From: Candidatus Eiseniibacteriota bacterium
GTDB lineage: Bacteria > Eisenbacteria > RBG-16-71-46
DNA length: 64,000 bases
Direction: 5' to 3'
Assembly (NCBI GenBank): GCA_963744995.1
Contig: CAVUWA010000009.1
Span: 224,001 to 288,000, forward strand
This document shows, in pieces, positions 30,983-41,396 of the stretch (the first letter of the stretch is position 1; the number at the start of each line of letters is the position of its first letter). The position numbers were made by a program, and so were the translations under genes. Under the pieces are notes generated by a model, which was given only the letters and a program-made list of their open reading frames with translations, did no database searches and was not told where the DNA came from.

Positions 30983-32413
30983 ATGAGTGATCCGGCGCCC
31001 CGCGGAAGCGGCCTGCCGTTCCGGCGCCTCGCGGTGATCCTCTCCGGAGGCGGCGCGTTCGGCGCCTACGAAGTGGGCGTGCTGCGCGTGCTGGAGCGGC
31101 TCGGCATCCGCCCTTCCATCATGGCCGGTGTGTCGGTGGGGGCGATCAACGCGCTGCTGTGGATCGCGCACGACGGCCGCACCGAGCCGCTGGTCGAGAC
31201 CTGGTCGAAGCTGAATCCCTCGGGGGCGGGGCTGCGCTGGACCACGCTCGCCCTGCGTGCGCTCGGCATGCTGCTCGTCTCGATCGCGGTGATCGAGATC
31301 GTCCTGAGCCTCGTCGGTTCCCCGGAGCTCGGCTTCTGGAAATTCCTGCGTGGCGGCCGCACCAATGTGGACGAGACCACCTCGGTGCTGCTGGACGTCA
31401 TGGCGTGGACGATCGTGGCGGTCCTGGGCATGCTGGTCGCCCGGCTTTCGCGCCGCGCCGAGGCGTGGCTCGCGGGGCTGCCGAACACGCGGTTCGGGCG
31501 CGGCTGGCAGCGCTGGTTCGGGCGCGCGCTGGTGATCGCCGCGATCGTGCACGGCGTCGTCTGGGCCGCCGGCTGGCCCTGGCCGCACCGTTTCAGCGCG
31601 ACGACGCTGTTGATCGCGGGCGGCGTGTGGGCGTTCCAGAAGACCGGCGGCGGCGACCGCTGGCTGCGCGCGCTGATCATCCGCATGCTGCCCGAGACCG
31701 GCGGCCGCGGCGCGTGGGGCAGCGAAACGCGGCGGCGGCTGATCGAACGGGTGCTGGCCCGCGGGCGGCCGCGGCGCGTGGTGTCGGGCGACATCCGGCT
31801 GATGATCAGCGCGTGCGCGCTCGACACCGGGACCATGAGCTACTTCATCAACTGGCCCGATCCCGATCCGGCGTTTCGCGAGCGCGTACGCCGCGCGCTC
31901 GGCGAGGTCCGGGTGATGCGGCGGCCGCGCGACGCGGTGCTGGCGGCCCTCGCGTCGTCGGCGCTGCCGGTGGTCTACGAGCCGGTGCGCATCGACGGGC
32001 ACGACTTCGTGGACGGGGCGGTATTCGCGAATCAGCCCCTGCACGTGCTGCTCCCCGACGAGGCCGACGCCGCGCTGGTCGTGCTGCTGAGCCCCGTCAC
32101 GGTCGGGGCGGGGCGCCGGCCCGGCGCGCACCTGGTGGATCTCGGTGCGCAACTGCTCGAGATGGCCAACTGGCGCGACCTGCAGGCCGAGTTGCGCGCG
32201 CTGCCGCCGGGCTGGTCGCGCACGAGCGCGGACGGCGCGCCCGCGCGGGTCTGCGTGGTGGAGCCGCACGATGCGCTGCCGGGCGGCATCCTCGGCTTCA
32301 ATCCGGAGACGGCCGCAGCGCTCATGCAGCTCGGCGAGCGCGACGCGCTCGAAGCGCTCGCGAAGGCCGGCTGGCTGCGCGCCTCCCCGGATGCCGCGTC
32401 CGCGCCCGCTTGA
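30983..32413 (+). CDS. Patatin-like phospholipase with inserted transmembrane segments
   Basis: LSGGGAFGAYEVG oxyanion loop, GVSVG nucleophile, ASSALP, FVDGA catalytic Asp. Confidence 0.88.
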   Translation: MSDPAPRGSGLPFRRLAVILSGGGAFGAYEVGVLRVLERLGIRPSIMAGVSVGAINALLWIAHDGRTEPLVETWSKLNPSGAGLRWTTLALRALGMLLVSIAVIEIVLSLVGSPELGFWKFLRGGRTNVDETTSVLLDVMAWTIVAVLGMLVARLSRRAEAWLAGLPNTRFGRGWQRWFGRALVIAAIVHGVVWAAGWPWPHRFSATTLLIAGGVWAFQKTGGGDRWLRALIIRMLPETGGRGAWGSETRRRLIERVLARGRPRRVVSGDIRLMISACALDTGTMSYFINWPDPDPAFRERVRRALGEVRVMRRPRDAVLAALASSALPVVYEPVRIDGHDFVDGAVFANQPLHVLLPDEADAALVVLLSPVTVGAGRRPGAHLVDLGAQLLEMANWRDLQAELRALPPGWSRTSADGAPARVCVVEPHDALPGGILGFNPETAAALMQLGERDALEALAKAGWLRASPDAASAPA

Positions 32414-32438
32414 GCGCACCGGTGCGCTCCACTATCTT
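32410..32438 (+). promoter_or_regulatory. Putative leaderless promoter of the RNase HI gene
   Basis: TTGAGC-N17-TATCTT; ATG starts at 32445, no SD. Confidence 0.5.
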
Positions 32439-32444
32439 GCATGC

Positions 32445-32856
32445 ATGACGGATCACAGCTGGGTGTTGCGATGCGACGGCGGGTCACGGGGCAACCCCGG
32501 TCCGGGCGCGCTCGGGTACGCGCTGTACGACGCGGACGGAGCCGAGGTCGAGGCGCGCGGCGAGTTCCTCGGTGAGGTCACCAACAACGTGGCCGAATAT
32601 CGCGCGCTGCTCGCCGGCCTTCACGCGGCGATCGGGAGAGGCGCGGCGCCGCTCACCGTGTGCATGGATTCCGAGCTGGTCGTGCGGCAGATGAAGGGTG
32701 AGTACCGGGTGAAGCACCCGGGCCTCAAGCCGCTGCATGCCGAGGCGAAGACGCTGGCCGCGAAGCTGCCGCGCGTGACGTTCCGCGCCGTGCGCCGCGC
32801 CGAGAACGAACGAGCCGATGCGCTCGTCAACGAAACGCTGGATGACATCCTGGGAT

Positions 32857-32873
<17 letters not shown>
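32445..32873 (+). CDS. rnhA: Ribonuclease HI family protein (archaeal/actinobacterial type)
   Basis: CDGGSRGNPGP, TNNVAEY.ALL.GL, MDSELVV.QM.G.YRVK, R.EN.RAD.LVN. Confidence 0.93.
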
Positions 32874-33264
<391 letters not shown>

Positions 33265-33265
33265 C

Positions 33266-35227
33266 ATGACCTCGCGGCCGCGGCGGGCGTCGCATGCGAA
33301 GGCGCCGCGCCCGCGGCCGCGGTCCATGCGCGTGCGCTGGATCGCGTGGTGGCCGCTGCTGCCGGCGTTGGGTGCGCTGCTCCTCTATGCGCCGAGCCTC
33401 GGGCTCGGCTTCGTCCGCGACGACCACGGCCTCGTCGAGCGCAATCCCGCTCTGCACGGCGGGCCCGCCAGCGTGGCGCAGGCGCTGGTCAGCGACTTCC
33501 ATGCGGGCACCGGCGGCGGCTCCGGGAAGTGGCGGCCGCTGGTCACCCTCTCGTACGCGCTCGACGGCGCACGCGGGGGCTGGCGCCCGGCGCCGTTCCA
33601 CGCGAGCAACGTGCTCGCGCATGCGCTCGCGTGCCTCGTGCTCGGCCTGCTGCTCGCGCGGGCGGGAATCGCGTGGCCGCTGGCGCTGGCCGCCGCCCTG
33701 TGGTTCGCCGCCATGCCGGCGCACGTGGAGCCGGTGGCGTGGATCGCAGGGCGCACCGATCTGTTCGCGGCGCTGTTCATGTTCGCCGCCCTGCTCGCCG
33801 ACGGCGCGCGGCGGCGGGCGCGGAAGCGCGGTCCCGGTGGGCTCGCGCCGCTGCTGTTCGCGCTCGCGCTGCTCTGCAAGGAGACCTCGCTCGCTCTGCT
33901 CGCGGTGCTCGCCGTCGCCGTCGCCGGCGCGGCGCCGGCCGAACGCCCCGTACGTCCCTGGCGCTGGCTCGCCCCTTACGCGCTGGTGGCGCTGGCGTGG
34001 GCGGCGGCGTGGCTCGCGATCGGGGCGATTCCCGCGCGCCCCGATTACATGGACACGACCCGTGCCGCGGCGGTCGCGCGCGGCGTCGCGTGGACGGCGG
34101 CCGCGCTGCTGCGCTTCACGGTGCCGGGCGTGACCCATGCGCCGGACTGGACGCTGCCCGCGGCGGCCTCATGGGCGGATCCGCGCATCTACGCGGGGCT
34201 CCTGCTGTGGGCCGGTCTGTTCGCGGCGGTCTTCGTCGCGGTGCGGCGACGCAGCGCCTTCGCCGTGCCGCTCGCTCTGACCGTGGCGCCGCTGCTGCCG
34301 GTGGCTGTGGCGTCGTTCGGCGGCTTCGCCGGCGGCGCGGTCATGGCGGAGCGCCTGGTCTACGCCGCCTCGGGCGGCGTCGTCTGGAGCGCCGCACTGG
34401 CCGCCGCCTGGCTGCTGGCGCGCGCCGGCGTCCGCAAGCGCCCGCTCGGCTGGGTGTTCGGCGTGCTCGCCATCGTGGCGATCGTCCACGGCGCGCGGAC
34501 CACCTGGCGCGATCAGGCGATGTATGCGAACGATGCGAGCGTGTACGCCGCGCTGTGGGCGCGGGTCCCCGCGGATCCGGTCGGGGCCGTCGGACTCGCG
34601 ACGGTGCGCATGCACGAGGGGCGCCTCGACGATGCGCTCGCGCTGCTCGATCGGGCCGAAGCGCTCGACCCGCGCGTGCCGGAGATCCACCAGGCACGCG
34701 CCGAGATCGCCTTCGCGCGCGCTGCGTGGGCCGACGTGGCGGCGGCGGCCGGACGCGAGATCGCGCTCGAGCCGACGCGCGGCTATCCGCGTCTGCTGCG
34801 GGACGTGGCGCGCGTGCGCATGGGCGAGGGGGCACAGGTCGCGGCGGAGATCGACTCGCTGGGGCGGTTGTTTCCCGACGACCCGATGCTGCTCGCCGCG
34901 CGCGGCGAGTGGCGGCTCGCCTCCGGACGCCCCGCGCAGGCGGTGACCGACCTCGAGCGCGCGCTCGAGCGCGAACCCGGCGATCCGTTCACCGGACTCG
35001 CGCTCGCGCGGGCGCTCACCGCGACCGGCGACCGGGCGGGCGCGCTGCAGGTGCTGGCGCACGTCGTGCGGATCGCCCCGGAGCGCGCCGAGGCGTGGGC
35101 CGCCTATGCCGAGGCCGCCCGCGCGCTCGGCCGCGGGCCCGAGGCCGACAGCGCGCTGGCCCGGGCACGGGCGCTCGGCGCCGGCGCCGCTGCGGAGCGC
35201 GCCCGCGAAGGAACCGCCCTGCCCTGA
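33266..35227 (+). CDS. GT-C membrane glycosyltransferase with TPRs (TMTC/DUF1736-like); start may be 33326
   Basis: LYAPSL..GFVRDD..LVERNP, WRPLVTLSYALD, FHASNVLAH, PAHVEPVAWIAGRTD, AERLVY, C-terminal TPR-like helices. Confidence 0.82.
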   Translation: MTSRPRRASHAKAPRPRPRSMRVRWIAWWPLLPALGALLLYAPSLGLGFVRDDHGLVERNPALHGGPASVAQALVSDFHAGTGGGSGKWRPLVTLSYALDGARGGWRPAPFHASNVLAHALACLVLGLLLARAGIAWPLALAAALWFAAMPAHVEPVAWIAGRTDLFAALFMFAALLADGARRRARKRGPGGLAPLLFALALLCKETSLALLAVLAVAVAGAAPAERPVRPWRWLAPYALVALAWAAAWLAIGAIPARPDYMDTTRAAAVARGVAWTAAALLRFTVPGVTHAPDWTLPAAASWADPRIYAGLLLWAGLFAAVFVAVRRRSAFAVPLALTVAPLLPVAVASFGGFAGGAVMAERLVYAASGGVVWSAALAAAWLLARAGVRKRPLGWVFGVLAIVAIVHGARTTWRDQAMYANDASVYAALWARVPADPVGAVGLATVRMHEGRLDDALALLDRAEALDPRVPEIHQARAEIAFARAAWADVAAAAGREIALEPTRGYPRLLRDVARVRMGEGAQVAAEIDSLGRLFPDDPMLLAARGEWRLASGRPAQAVTDLERALEREPGDPFTGLALARALTATGDRAGALQVLAHVVRIAPERAEAWAAYAEAARALGRGPEADSALARARALGAGAAAERAREGTALP

Positions 35228-35292
35228 GCGGCAGGCGGGAGGACGCGAGGGCGCAGCGTGCGCTCCCTGGCGCCGCGGCAGGGGGCGCGTCC

Positions 35293-35322
35293 TTGACCCT
35301 GCGCGAACCGCCCTGCTAGCGT
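35293..35322 (+). promoter_or_regulatory. Putative sigma70 promoter of recJ-rel-dtd-maf
   Basis: TTGACC-N18-TAGCGT with extended -10 TG. Confidence 0.5.
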
Positions 35323-35373
35323 CCGAGACTCGTCCTATCTGCCAGCCCCCGCGCACTTTCCGAAGAAGCCCGA

Positions 35374-37083
35374 TTGATCGCTCCGCCCGCCCCAGAATGG
35401 GTGCTCCACCCCGCCTACGACGTCGAGAGGGCCGGCCGCCTCGCGCGCGAGCTGGGTGCGCCTCTGCCGGCCGCCCACGCCCTCGTTCATCGCGGCATCG
35501 GCAACCTGACCCTCGCGCGAACCTTCCTCGACCCGGCGCTCGAGGACCTCCACGACCCGTTCGAGCTGCGCGACCTGGAGCGCGCGGTCGCACGACTCGA
35601 ACACGCGACCGCGGCGCAGGAGAGCATCCTCGTCCACGGCGACTACGACGTGGACGGCATCACGTCGACCTTCATGATCTATTCGGTGCTGCGCGAGCTC
35701 GGCGCGCGGGTCGAGTACCGGATCCCGCACCGCACCCGGGACGGCTACGGCCTCTCCGAGGGGGCGGTCGCGTTCGCCGCGCGCCGCGGGCACCGCGTGA
35801 TCGTCACCGTCGACTGCGGGATCACCGCGGTCGGGCCGATCGCGATGGCGAACGCGGCCGGGATCGACACGGTGATCACCGATCACCACGAGCCGCCGGA
35901 CCAGCTGCCCGCCGCGCACGCGATCGTGAACCCGCACCGCGAGGGCTGTCCGTATCCGTTCAAACCGCTCGCCGGGGTCGGCGTCACGTTCAAGCTGATC
36001 CAGGCGCTGCTCAAGGGCCGGGGCGGCATCGAGCGCGCGCGCGAGTACCTCGACGTCGTCGCGCTCGGCACGATCGCCGACGTCGTACCGCTGGTCGGCG
36101 AGAATCGCGTGCTGGCGCGACTCGGGCTCGATCAGCTCAACCGTACCGACCGGCTCGGCCTGCGCGCGCTCGCGCGGGTGGCGGGGCTGGAAGGCCGCGA
36201 CATCACCGGCGGGCAGGTGGCGTTCGTGCTGGCGCCGCGCCTCAACGCGGCGGGGCGCATGGGCAACGCCGAGCAGGGCGTGCGCCTGCTGCTGGCCCGC
36301 GACAGCGGCGAGGCCGCCGACTGCGCGCAGAGCCTCGAAGAAGACAACATGCGTCGCCGCCGCTACGACGAGGAGGCGCTGCTCGAGGCGGCGAAGCGCG
36401 TCGAGGCCGAACTCGGCTGGCCCGACTGCGCCTCGATCCTGATGTGGTCCGACGACTGGCACCCGGGCGTCATCGGCATCGTCGCCTCGCGGCTGGTCGA
36501 GCGTTTCCAGCGCCCGACGCTGCTGATCTCGATGGACGGCGAGCGCGGACGCGGCTCCGGGAGGAGCCTCCCGGGGCTCGATCTGCACCAGCTGCTCGCC
36601 GACTGCGACGACCTGCTGATCGCGCACGGCGGGCACGCGTTCGCGGCCGGTCTGAGCGTCGAACGGCGCCAGCTCGCGGCGTTCGCCGAGCGCTTCGACC
36701 GGCTGGTGCGCGAGCGCATGGATCCCGGCTCGGTGGTGCAGCGCCTCGAGCTCGACGACGACCTGCACCTCGGCCAGTGTGATCTGCCGCTTGCCGAATG
36801 GCTCGAGCGTCTTTCGCCGTACGGGCTCGACAACGCCGAGCCCGTCTACCGCGCCCGCGACCTGATCGTCGATCAGGCCGCGGCGGTCGGCGGCGGGCGC
36901 CACCTCAAGCTGCGGTTGCGCGACGCCACCGGAACCGCCGAAGCGATCGGCTTCAACATGGGCGATCGGCTCGCCGGGATCGCCCGCGGCGGACGCTGCG
37001 ACGTGGCGTTCGTGCCGACGCGCAACGAGTGGATGGGACAGACGCGCGTGCAGCTCAAGCTGAAGGGCGTGCGCGTGCCATGA
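35374..37083 (+). CDS. recJ: ssDNA exonuclease RecJ
   Basis: GDYDVDG, VDCG, TDHH, GTIADVVPL.GENR, PRLNAAGR, GGHAFAAG. Confidence 0.97.
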   Translation: MIAPPAPEWVLHPAYDVERAGRLARELGAPLPAAHALVHRGIGNLTLARTFLDPALEDLHDPFELRDLERAVARLEHATAAQESILVHGDYDVDGITSTFMIYSVLRELGARVEYRIPHRTRDGYGLSEGAVAFAARRGHRVIVTVDCGITAVGPIAMANAAGIDTVITDHHEPPDQLPAAHAIVNPHREGCPYPFKPLAGVGVTFKLIQALLKGRGGIERAREYLDVVALGTIADVVPLVGENRVLARLGLDQLNRTDRLGLRALARVAGLEGRDITGGQVAFVLAPRLNAAGRMGNAEQGVRLLLARDSGEAADCAQSLEEDNMRRRRYDEEALLEAAKRVEAELGWPDCASILMWSDDWHPGVIGIVASRLVERFQRPTLLISMDGERGRGSGRSLPGLDLHQLLADCDDLLIAHGGHAFAAGLSVERRQLAAFAERFDRLVRERMDPGSVVQRLELDDDLHLGQCDLPLAEWLERLSPYGLDNAEPVYRARDLIVDQAAAVGGGRHLKLRLRDATGTAEAIGFNMGDRLAGIARGGRCDVAFVPTRNEWMGQTRVQLKLKGVRVP

Positions 37084-39284
37084 GCGCCTCCGACCCGCGG
37101 CATCCGGAGCTGCGTGCGACGCTGCTGGCGGCGCTGGACGAGCGCTCGCCGCGCGTGGACCGCGGCCGGGTGGCGGCGTGCTTCGACTTCGCCGCCGAGG
37201 CGCACCAGGGCCAGGCGCGCGAATCGGGCGAGCCGTACGTCAGCCATTCCGTGGCGGTGGCGCTGATCCTGGTCGATCTGCTGGAGGCGCTGCTCGACAC
37301 GCCGCTGGTGTGCGCGGCGCTGCTCCACGACGTGGTCGAGGACACACCGGTCACCGCGGCGGACGTCGAGAAGCGTTTCGGCAAGGAGGTCGCCGGGCTG
37401 GTCGAGGGCGTCACCAAGCTCTCGAAGATGCACTTCGAGCGGCGCGAAGCGGCGCAGGCGGAGAACTTCCGCCGCATGCTGCTGTCGATGGCGCAAGACC
37501 TGCGGGTGATCTTCATCAAGCTCGCCGACCGCCTGCACAACATGCGCACGATCGAGGCCCTGCGTCCCGAGAAGCAGCACCGTATCGCGCTGGAGTCGCG
37601 CGACATCTACGCGCCGCTCGCGCACCGGCTCGGCATGGCGAGCATCAAGCGCAACCTCGAGGATTTGAGCCTCAAGGTGCTGGACCCCGAGGCGTACGAG
37701 TCGCTCACGCGCCGCGTCCAGGCGAAGCGTGAAGAACGCGAGGCGTTCATCGAAGGCGTCAGGCGCCGGCTCGAGGACGGCCTGCGTGCCGCCGGCATCC
37801 GCGCCGAAGTCACGGGACGACCGAAGCACTTCTACTCGATCTACAGCAAGATGCAGGCGCGCGACTTCGAGACCATCTACGACCTCTTCGGGCTGCGCAT
37901 CATCACCCATACCCGTAACGACTGCTATCGCGCGCTCGGCGTGGTGCACGACCTGTTCACGCCGGTCGCCGACCGCTTCAAGGACTACATCGCCACGCCG
38001 AAGAGCAACCTCTATCAGTCGCTGCACACCACGGTGCTCACCGAGGACGGCGAGATGGTCGAGGTGCAGATCCGCACGCGTGACATGCATCGCACCGCGG
38101 AGACCGGCGTCGCCGCGCATTACGTCTACAAGCAGGGCGGGCGCCTCGACGAGGAGCTCGACGCCAAGCTCGGCGGTTTCGTCGCGCAGACCGCCGACTG
38201 GCAGCGTGCCACCGCCGACGACGAGTACATGGACCTGCTGCGCACGGCGCTCTACCAGGAAGAGGTGTTCGTCTACACGCCGCGGCGCGAGCTCAAGCGC
38301 CTGCCGAAGGGGGCGACGCCGCTGGACTTCGCGTTCCTGATCCATACCCAGGTCGGCCAGCACACGGTGGGTGCGCGGGTGAACGGCGAGCTGGTGCCGC
38401 TGCGCCACGAGCTGCGCAACGGCGATACGGTCGAGATCATCACCTCGCCGCACGCGCAGCCCAACGAAGACTGGCTGAAGATCCTGCGCACGGCCGGTGC
38501 ACGCAGCAAGGTGCGCCACTGGCTGCGCCAGCAGCGCCGCGACGACAGCATCACGCTGGGCCGGGAGATGCTCGATCGCGAGCTCAAGCGCGAGCGCCAG
38601 CCGCTCGATCCCGCGCGACTGGAACAGGTCGTGCGCGGCCTCGGGCTGTCGCACGCCGACGAACTCTACGCGCAGCTCGGCGAGGGCCAGCTCTCGCTGC
38701 GCCAGGTGGTGCGCAAGCTGGTGCCGGAGAAAGAGGGCTTCGCCGAGCGGCTCGCCAAGGGTCCCCTCGAGGCGCTGGGCCTCGGCCGCAAGCCCACCGG
38801 CGGCGTACGCATTCAGGGCCTCGACAACGTGATGCTCAACTTCGCCCGCTGCTGCCAGCCGGTGCCGGGTGACCGCGTGGTCGGGATCGTCACCCTCGGG
38901 CGCGGCGTCTCGGTGCATCGCGTGGATTGTCCCAACACGTTCAGCGACCGCACGCCGCCCGAGCGCAAGGTGGCGGTCGAGTGGGACACGCGCATCGGCG
39001 AGACGTTCCCGGTGCGGCTGGTGGTCTACGGCAACGACCGTACCTCGCTGCTCGCCGACATCGCGAAGACGATCGCCACGACCCAGGTCAACATCCGCAC
39101 CGCCGGAATGGCGAGCGAGGACCGCACGGCGCGCGGCGTATTCGTGGTCGAGGTCCCGCACCTGGGGAAGCTCCAGCAGGTGATGGAGGCGATCCGCAAG
39201 GTGAAGGGCGTGACGCGGGTCGAACGCCGCCAGCGGATCGTCCGCGGACCCGGCTCGCAGCGCCGCGCGAGCGGGGGCGAATGA
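37080..39284 (+). CDS. Bifunctional (p)ppGpp synthetase/hydrolase (Rel/SpoT family)
   Basis: Intact HD (LLHDVVEDT), KLADRLHNMRT, GRPKH.YSIY.KM, YQSLHTT, TGS (GATPLDFAF), CCQP.PGD, ACT domain. Confidence 0.97.
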   Translation: MSASDPRHPELRATLLAALDERSPRVDRGRVAACFDFAAEAHQGQARESGEPYVSHSVAVALILVDLLEALLDTPLVCAALLHDVVEDTPVTAADVEKRFGKEVAGLVEGVTKLSKMHFERREAAQAENFRRMLLSMAQDLRVIFIKLADRLHNMRTIEALRPEKQHRIALESRDIYAPLAHRLGMASIKRNLEDLSLKVLDPEAYESLTRRVQAKREEREAFIEGVRRRLEDGLRAAGIRAEVTGRPKHFYSIYSKMQARDFETIYDLFGLRIITHTRNDCYRALGVVHDLFTPVADRFKDYIATPKSNLYQSLHTTVLTEDGEMVEVQIRTRDMHRTAETGVAAHYVYKQGGRLDEELDAKLGGFVAQTADWQRATADDEYMDLLRTALYQEEVFVYTPRRELKRLPKGATPLDFAFLIHTQVGQHTVGARVNGELVPLRHELRNGDTVEIITSPHAQPNEDWLKILRTAGARSKVRHWLRQQRRDDSITLGREMLDRELKRERQPLDPARLEQVVRGLGLSHADELYAQLGEGQLSLRQVVRKLVPEKEGFAERLAKGPLEALGLGRKPTGGVRIQGLDNVMLNFARCCQPVPGDRVVGIVTLGRGVSVHRVDCPNTFSDRTPPERKVAVEWDTRIGETFPVRLVVYGNDRTSLLADIAKTIATTQVNIRTAGMASEDRTARGVFVVEVPHLGKLQQVMEAIRKVKGVTRVERRQRIVRGPGSQRRASGGE

Positions 39285-39739
39285 GGGCGCTGGTGCAGCG
39301 CGTCACGCGGGCGAGCGTGACGGTCGAGGGCACCGTACGCGGGCGGATCGGCGCGGGTCTGCTGGTGCTGCTCGGGGCCGGCCGCGACGACGGTGCCACC
39401 GAGGTCAGCTGGCTCGCCAGGAAGCTCGCCAACCTGCGGATCTTCAGCGACGGCGAGCAGCTCATGAACCGGAGCCTCCTCGACTCGGGCGGCGGCGCGC
39501 TGGTGATTCCGCAGTTCACGCTGTTCGGCGACGTCAGCCGCGGCCGCCGGCCCGAATTTCTGGGCGCGGCGAAACCCGAGGCGGCGGAACCGCTGTTCGA
39601 GGCGTTCTGCGCGGCGCTCGCCGCCGAAGGCGTTCCGGTCGAGCGCGGCGTGTTCCGCGCGCACATGGAAGTCGAGCTCGTGAACGACGGTCCGGTGACG
39701 ATCTGGGTCGAGACCCCGGCGCGCGGCGGGCCGTCTTGA
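39281..39739 (+). CDS. dtd: D-aminoacyl-tRNA deacylase
   Basis: MRALVQRV..ASV, NLRIF.D, PQFTL, FRAHMEVELVNDGPVT. Confidence 0.96.
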   Translation: MRALVQRVTRASVTVEGTVRGRIGAGLLVLLGAGRDDGATEVSWLARKLANLRIFSDGEQLMNRSLLDSGGGALVIPQFTLFGDVSRGRRPEFLGAAKPEAAEPLFEAFCAALAAEGVPVERGVFRAHMEVELVNDGPVTIWVETPARGGPS

Positions 39740-40326
39740 GCCGCGGCGCGCGGCTGTTCTACCGCGGCCGGACGCCGCTCGTGCTGGCGTCGGCGTCGCC
39801 CCGGCGCGTGCAGCTGCTGCAGCAGGCGGGAGCCGAGTTCACGGTCGCCGACCCCGGGCCCGACCGCGAATGGCCGGGCGCGGCGGACCCGCGCCACGGC
39901 GTGCGCGCACTGGCGCTCGACAAGGCGCGCCGCATCGCGGTGACGCGCCCGGCCGCGCTGGTGATCGGCGCCGACACGATCGTGGTCGCGCGCGGGCGTC
40001 GCTTCGGCAAGCCGGCCTCTGCCGCCGAGGCCGCGGACATGCTGCGCCGCCTGCACGGCCGCACCCACGAGGTGTGGACCGGGCTCGCGCTGGTCAAGGG
40101 CAACGAGCAGCGCACCGCCGCCGAAGTGACGCGGGTGCAGTTCGCGCGGCTCACGGACGCCGACATCCTCGCGTACGTGAAGAGCGGCGAGCCGCTCGAC
40201 AAGGCCGGCGCGTATGCGATCCAGGGACTCGCCGCCCAGTTCGTGCGCCGGATCGAAGGGGACTACTCCAACGTGGTGGGGCTGCCGCTGCAGAAGCTCA
40301 GGCAGCTGCTGGCGGATTTTGCCTGA
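39736..40326 (+). CDS. maf: Maf family nucleoside triphosphate pyrophosphatase (YhdE-like)
   Basis: LVLASASPRR, IGADTIV, FGKP, DKAGAYAIQG, NVVGLP. Confidence 0.94.
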   Translation: MSRGARLFYRGRTPLVLASASPRRVQLLQQAGAEFTVADPGPDREWPGAADPRHGVRALALDKARRIAVTRPAALVIGADTIVVARGRRFGKPASAAEAADMLRRLHGRTHEVWTGLALVKGNEQRTAAEVTRVQFARLTDADILAYVKSGEPLDKAGAYAIQGLAAQFVRRIEGDYSNVVGLPLQKLRQLLADFA

Positions 40327-40405
40327 GATCCCGGACCGGGGGCGGCGCCTCGGGGCCCGCGGCGCCGCGCCGGCCGCGCCCGGGCCGCCGGCGGGGGCAC
40401 GTTTC

Positions 40406-40435
40406 TTGACAGGCTTTCGAGCCCCGTGCTAGCTT
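40406..40435 (+). promoter_or_regulatory. Putative sigma70 promoter of rplM-rpsI-rpsB-tsf
   Basis: TTGACA-N18-TAGCTT with extended -10 TG. Confidence 0.65.
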
Positions 40436-40540
40436 CCCTCGCTTCTTGATGATAGCCGGGGCGGTCGGATGCCGCGTGCGCGCCGCGAGGGCGGTCCACG
40501 TGCGGTACGCGGGCCCGGCATGGATGGTTTGGAGGAAGGC

Positions 40541-40978
40541 ATGAAGACGTATTCGGCCCGCCCGGCCGACATCGAACGGCGCTGGCTCGTGGTGGACGCG
40601 CAGGGGCAGACCCTGGGACGCCTCGCGACCCGGGTGGCCACGGTGCTCAGGGGCAAGCACAAGCCGACGTTCACGCCGCACATGGACACGGGCGATCACG
40701 TCGTCGTGATCAACGCGCGCGAGATCGTCCTCACCGGGTCCAAGCCCGAGAACAAGCGCTATTTCCACCACACGCTGTACCCGGGTGGCGCGCGCTGGAC
40801 GACGTACCGCGAACTCATGGACACGCATCCCGAGCGCGTCATCGAGCACGCGGTCCGCGGTATGCTGCCGAAGACGAAGCTCGGCCGCGCCGTGATCAGG
40901 AAACTTAGGGTTTACCCGGGAGCCGAGCACCCGCACGCGGCCCAGAGCCCCGAGGCGTGGGCGCCGACGGCCGGCTGA
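40541..40978 (+). CDS. rplM: 50S ribosomal protein L13
   Basis: [38 protein letters not shown]. Confidence 0.99.
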   Translation: MKTYSARPADIERRWLVVDAQGQTLGRLATRVATVLRGKHKPTFTPHMDTGDHVVVINAREIVLTGSKPENKRYFHHTLYPGGARWTTYRELMDTHPERVIEHAVRGMLPKTKLGRAVIRKLRVYPGAEHPHAAQSPEAWAPTAG

Positions 40979-40988
40979 GAGGAGTTTC

Positions 40989-41387
40989 ATGACGACCCAG
41001 ACTCAATCCCGCCCGCGCGCGGGCCGTCGCAAGGAGGCCGTGGCGCGCGTGCGCCTGCTGGCCGGCGGCGGCGATCACCTGGTGAACGGCCGTCAGGCCC
41101 TGGAATATCTGAAGCGTGAAACGCTGCTCACCGAGGCCTTCAAGGCGATCTCGGTGGCGAACGTCGAAGGCAAGTACCGCGTCGACGCGCGCGTGAACGG
41201 CGGCGGTCTCACCGGCCAGGCCGGCGCGCTGCGCATGGCGGTGGCGCGAGCGCTCGTCGCCGAGGACGAAACGCTGCGTGCACTGCTCGGCCGCGAGGGG
41301 CTGCTGCGCCGCGACGCGCGCATGAAGGAACGCAAGAAGTACGGACAGCCGGGCGCGCGCAAGCGCTTCCAGTTCAGCAAGCGGTAG
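40989..41387 (+). CDS. rpsI: 30S ribosomal protein S9
   Basis: GRRKEAVARV, GGGLTGQAGA, ERKKYGQPGARKRFQFSKR. Confidence 0.99.
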   Translation: MTTQTQSRPRAGRRKEAVARVRLLAGGGDHLVNGRQALEYLKRETLLTEAFKAISVANVEGKYRVDARVNGGGLTGQAGALRMAVARALVAEDETLRALLGREGLLRRDARMKERKKYGQPGARKRFQFSKR

Positions 41388-41396
41388 AACGACATT

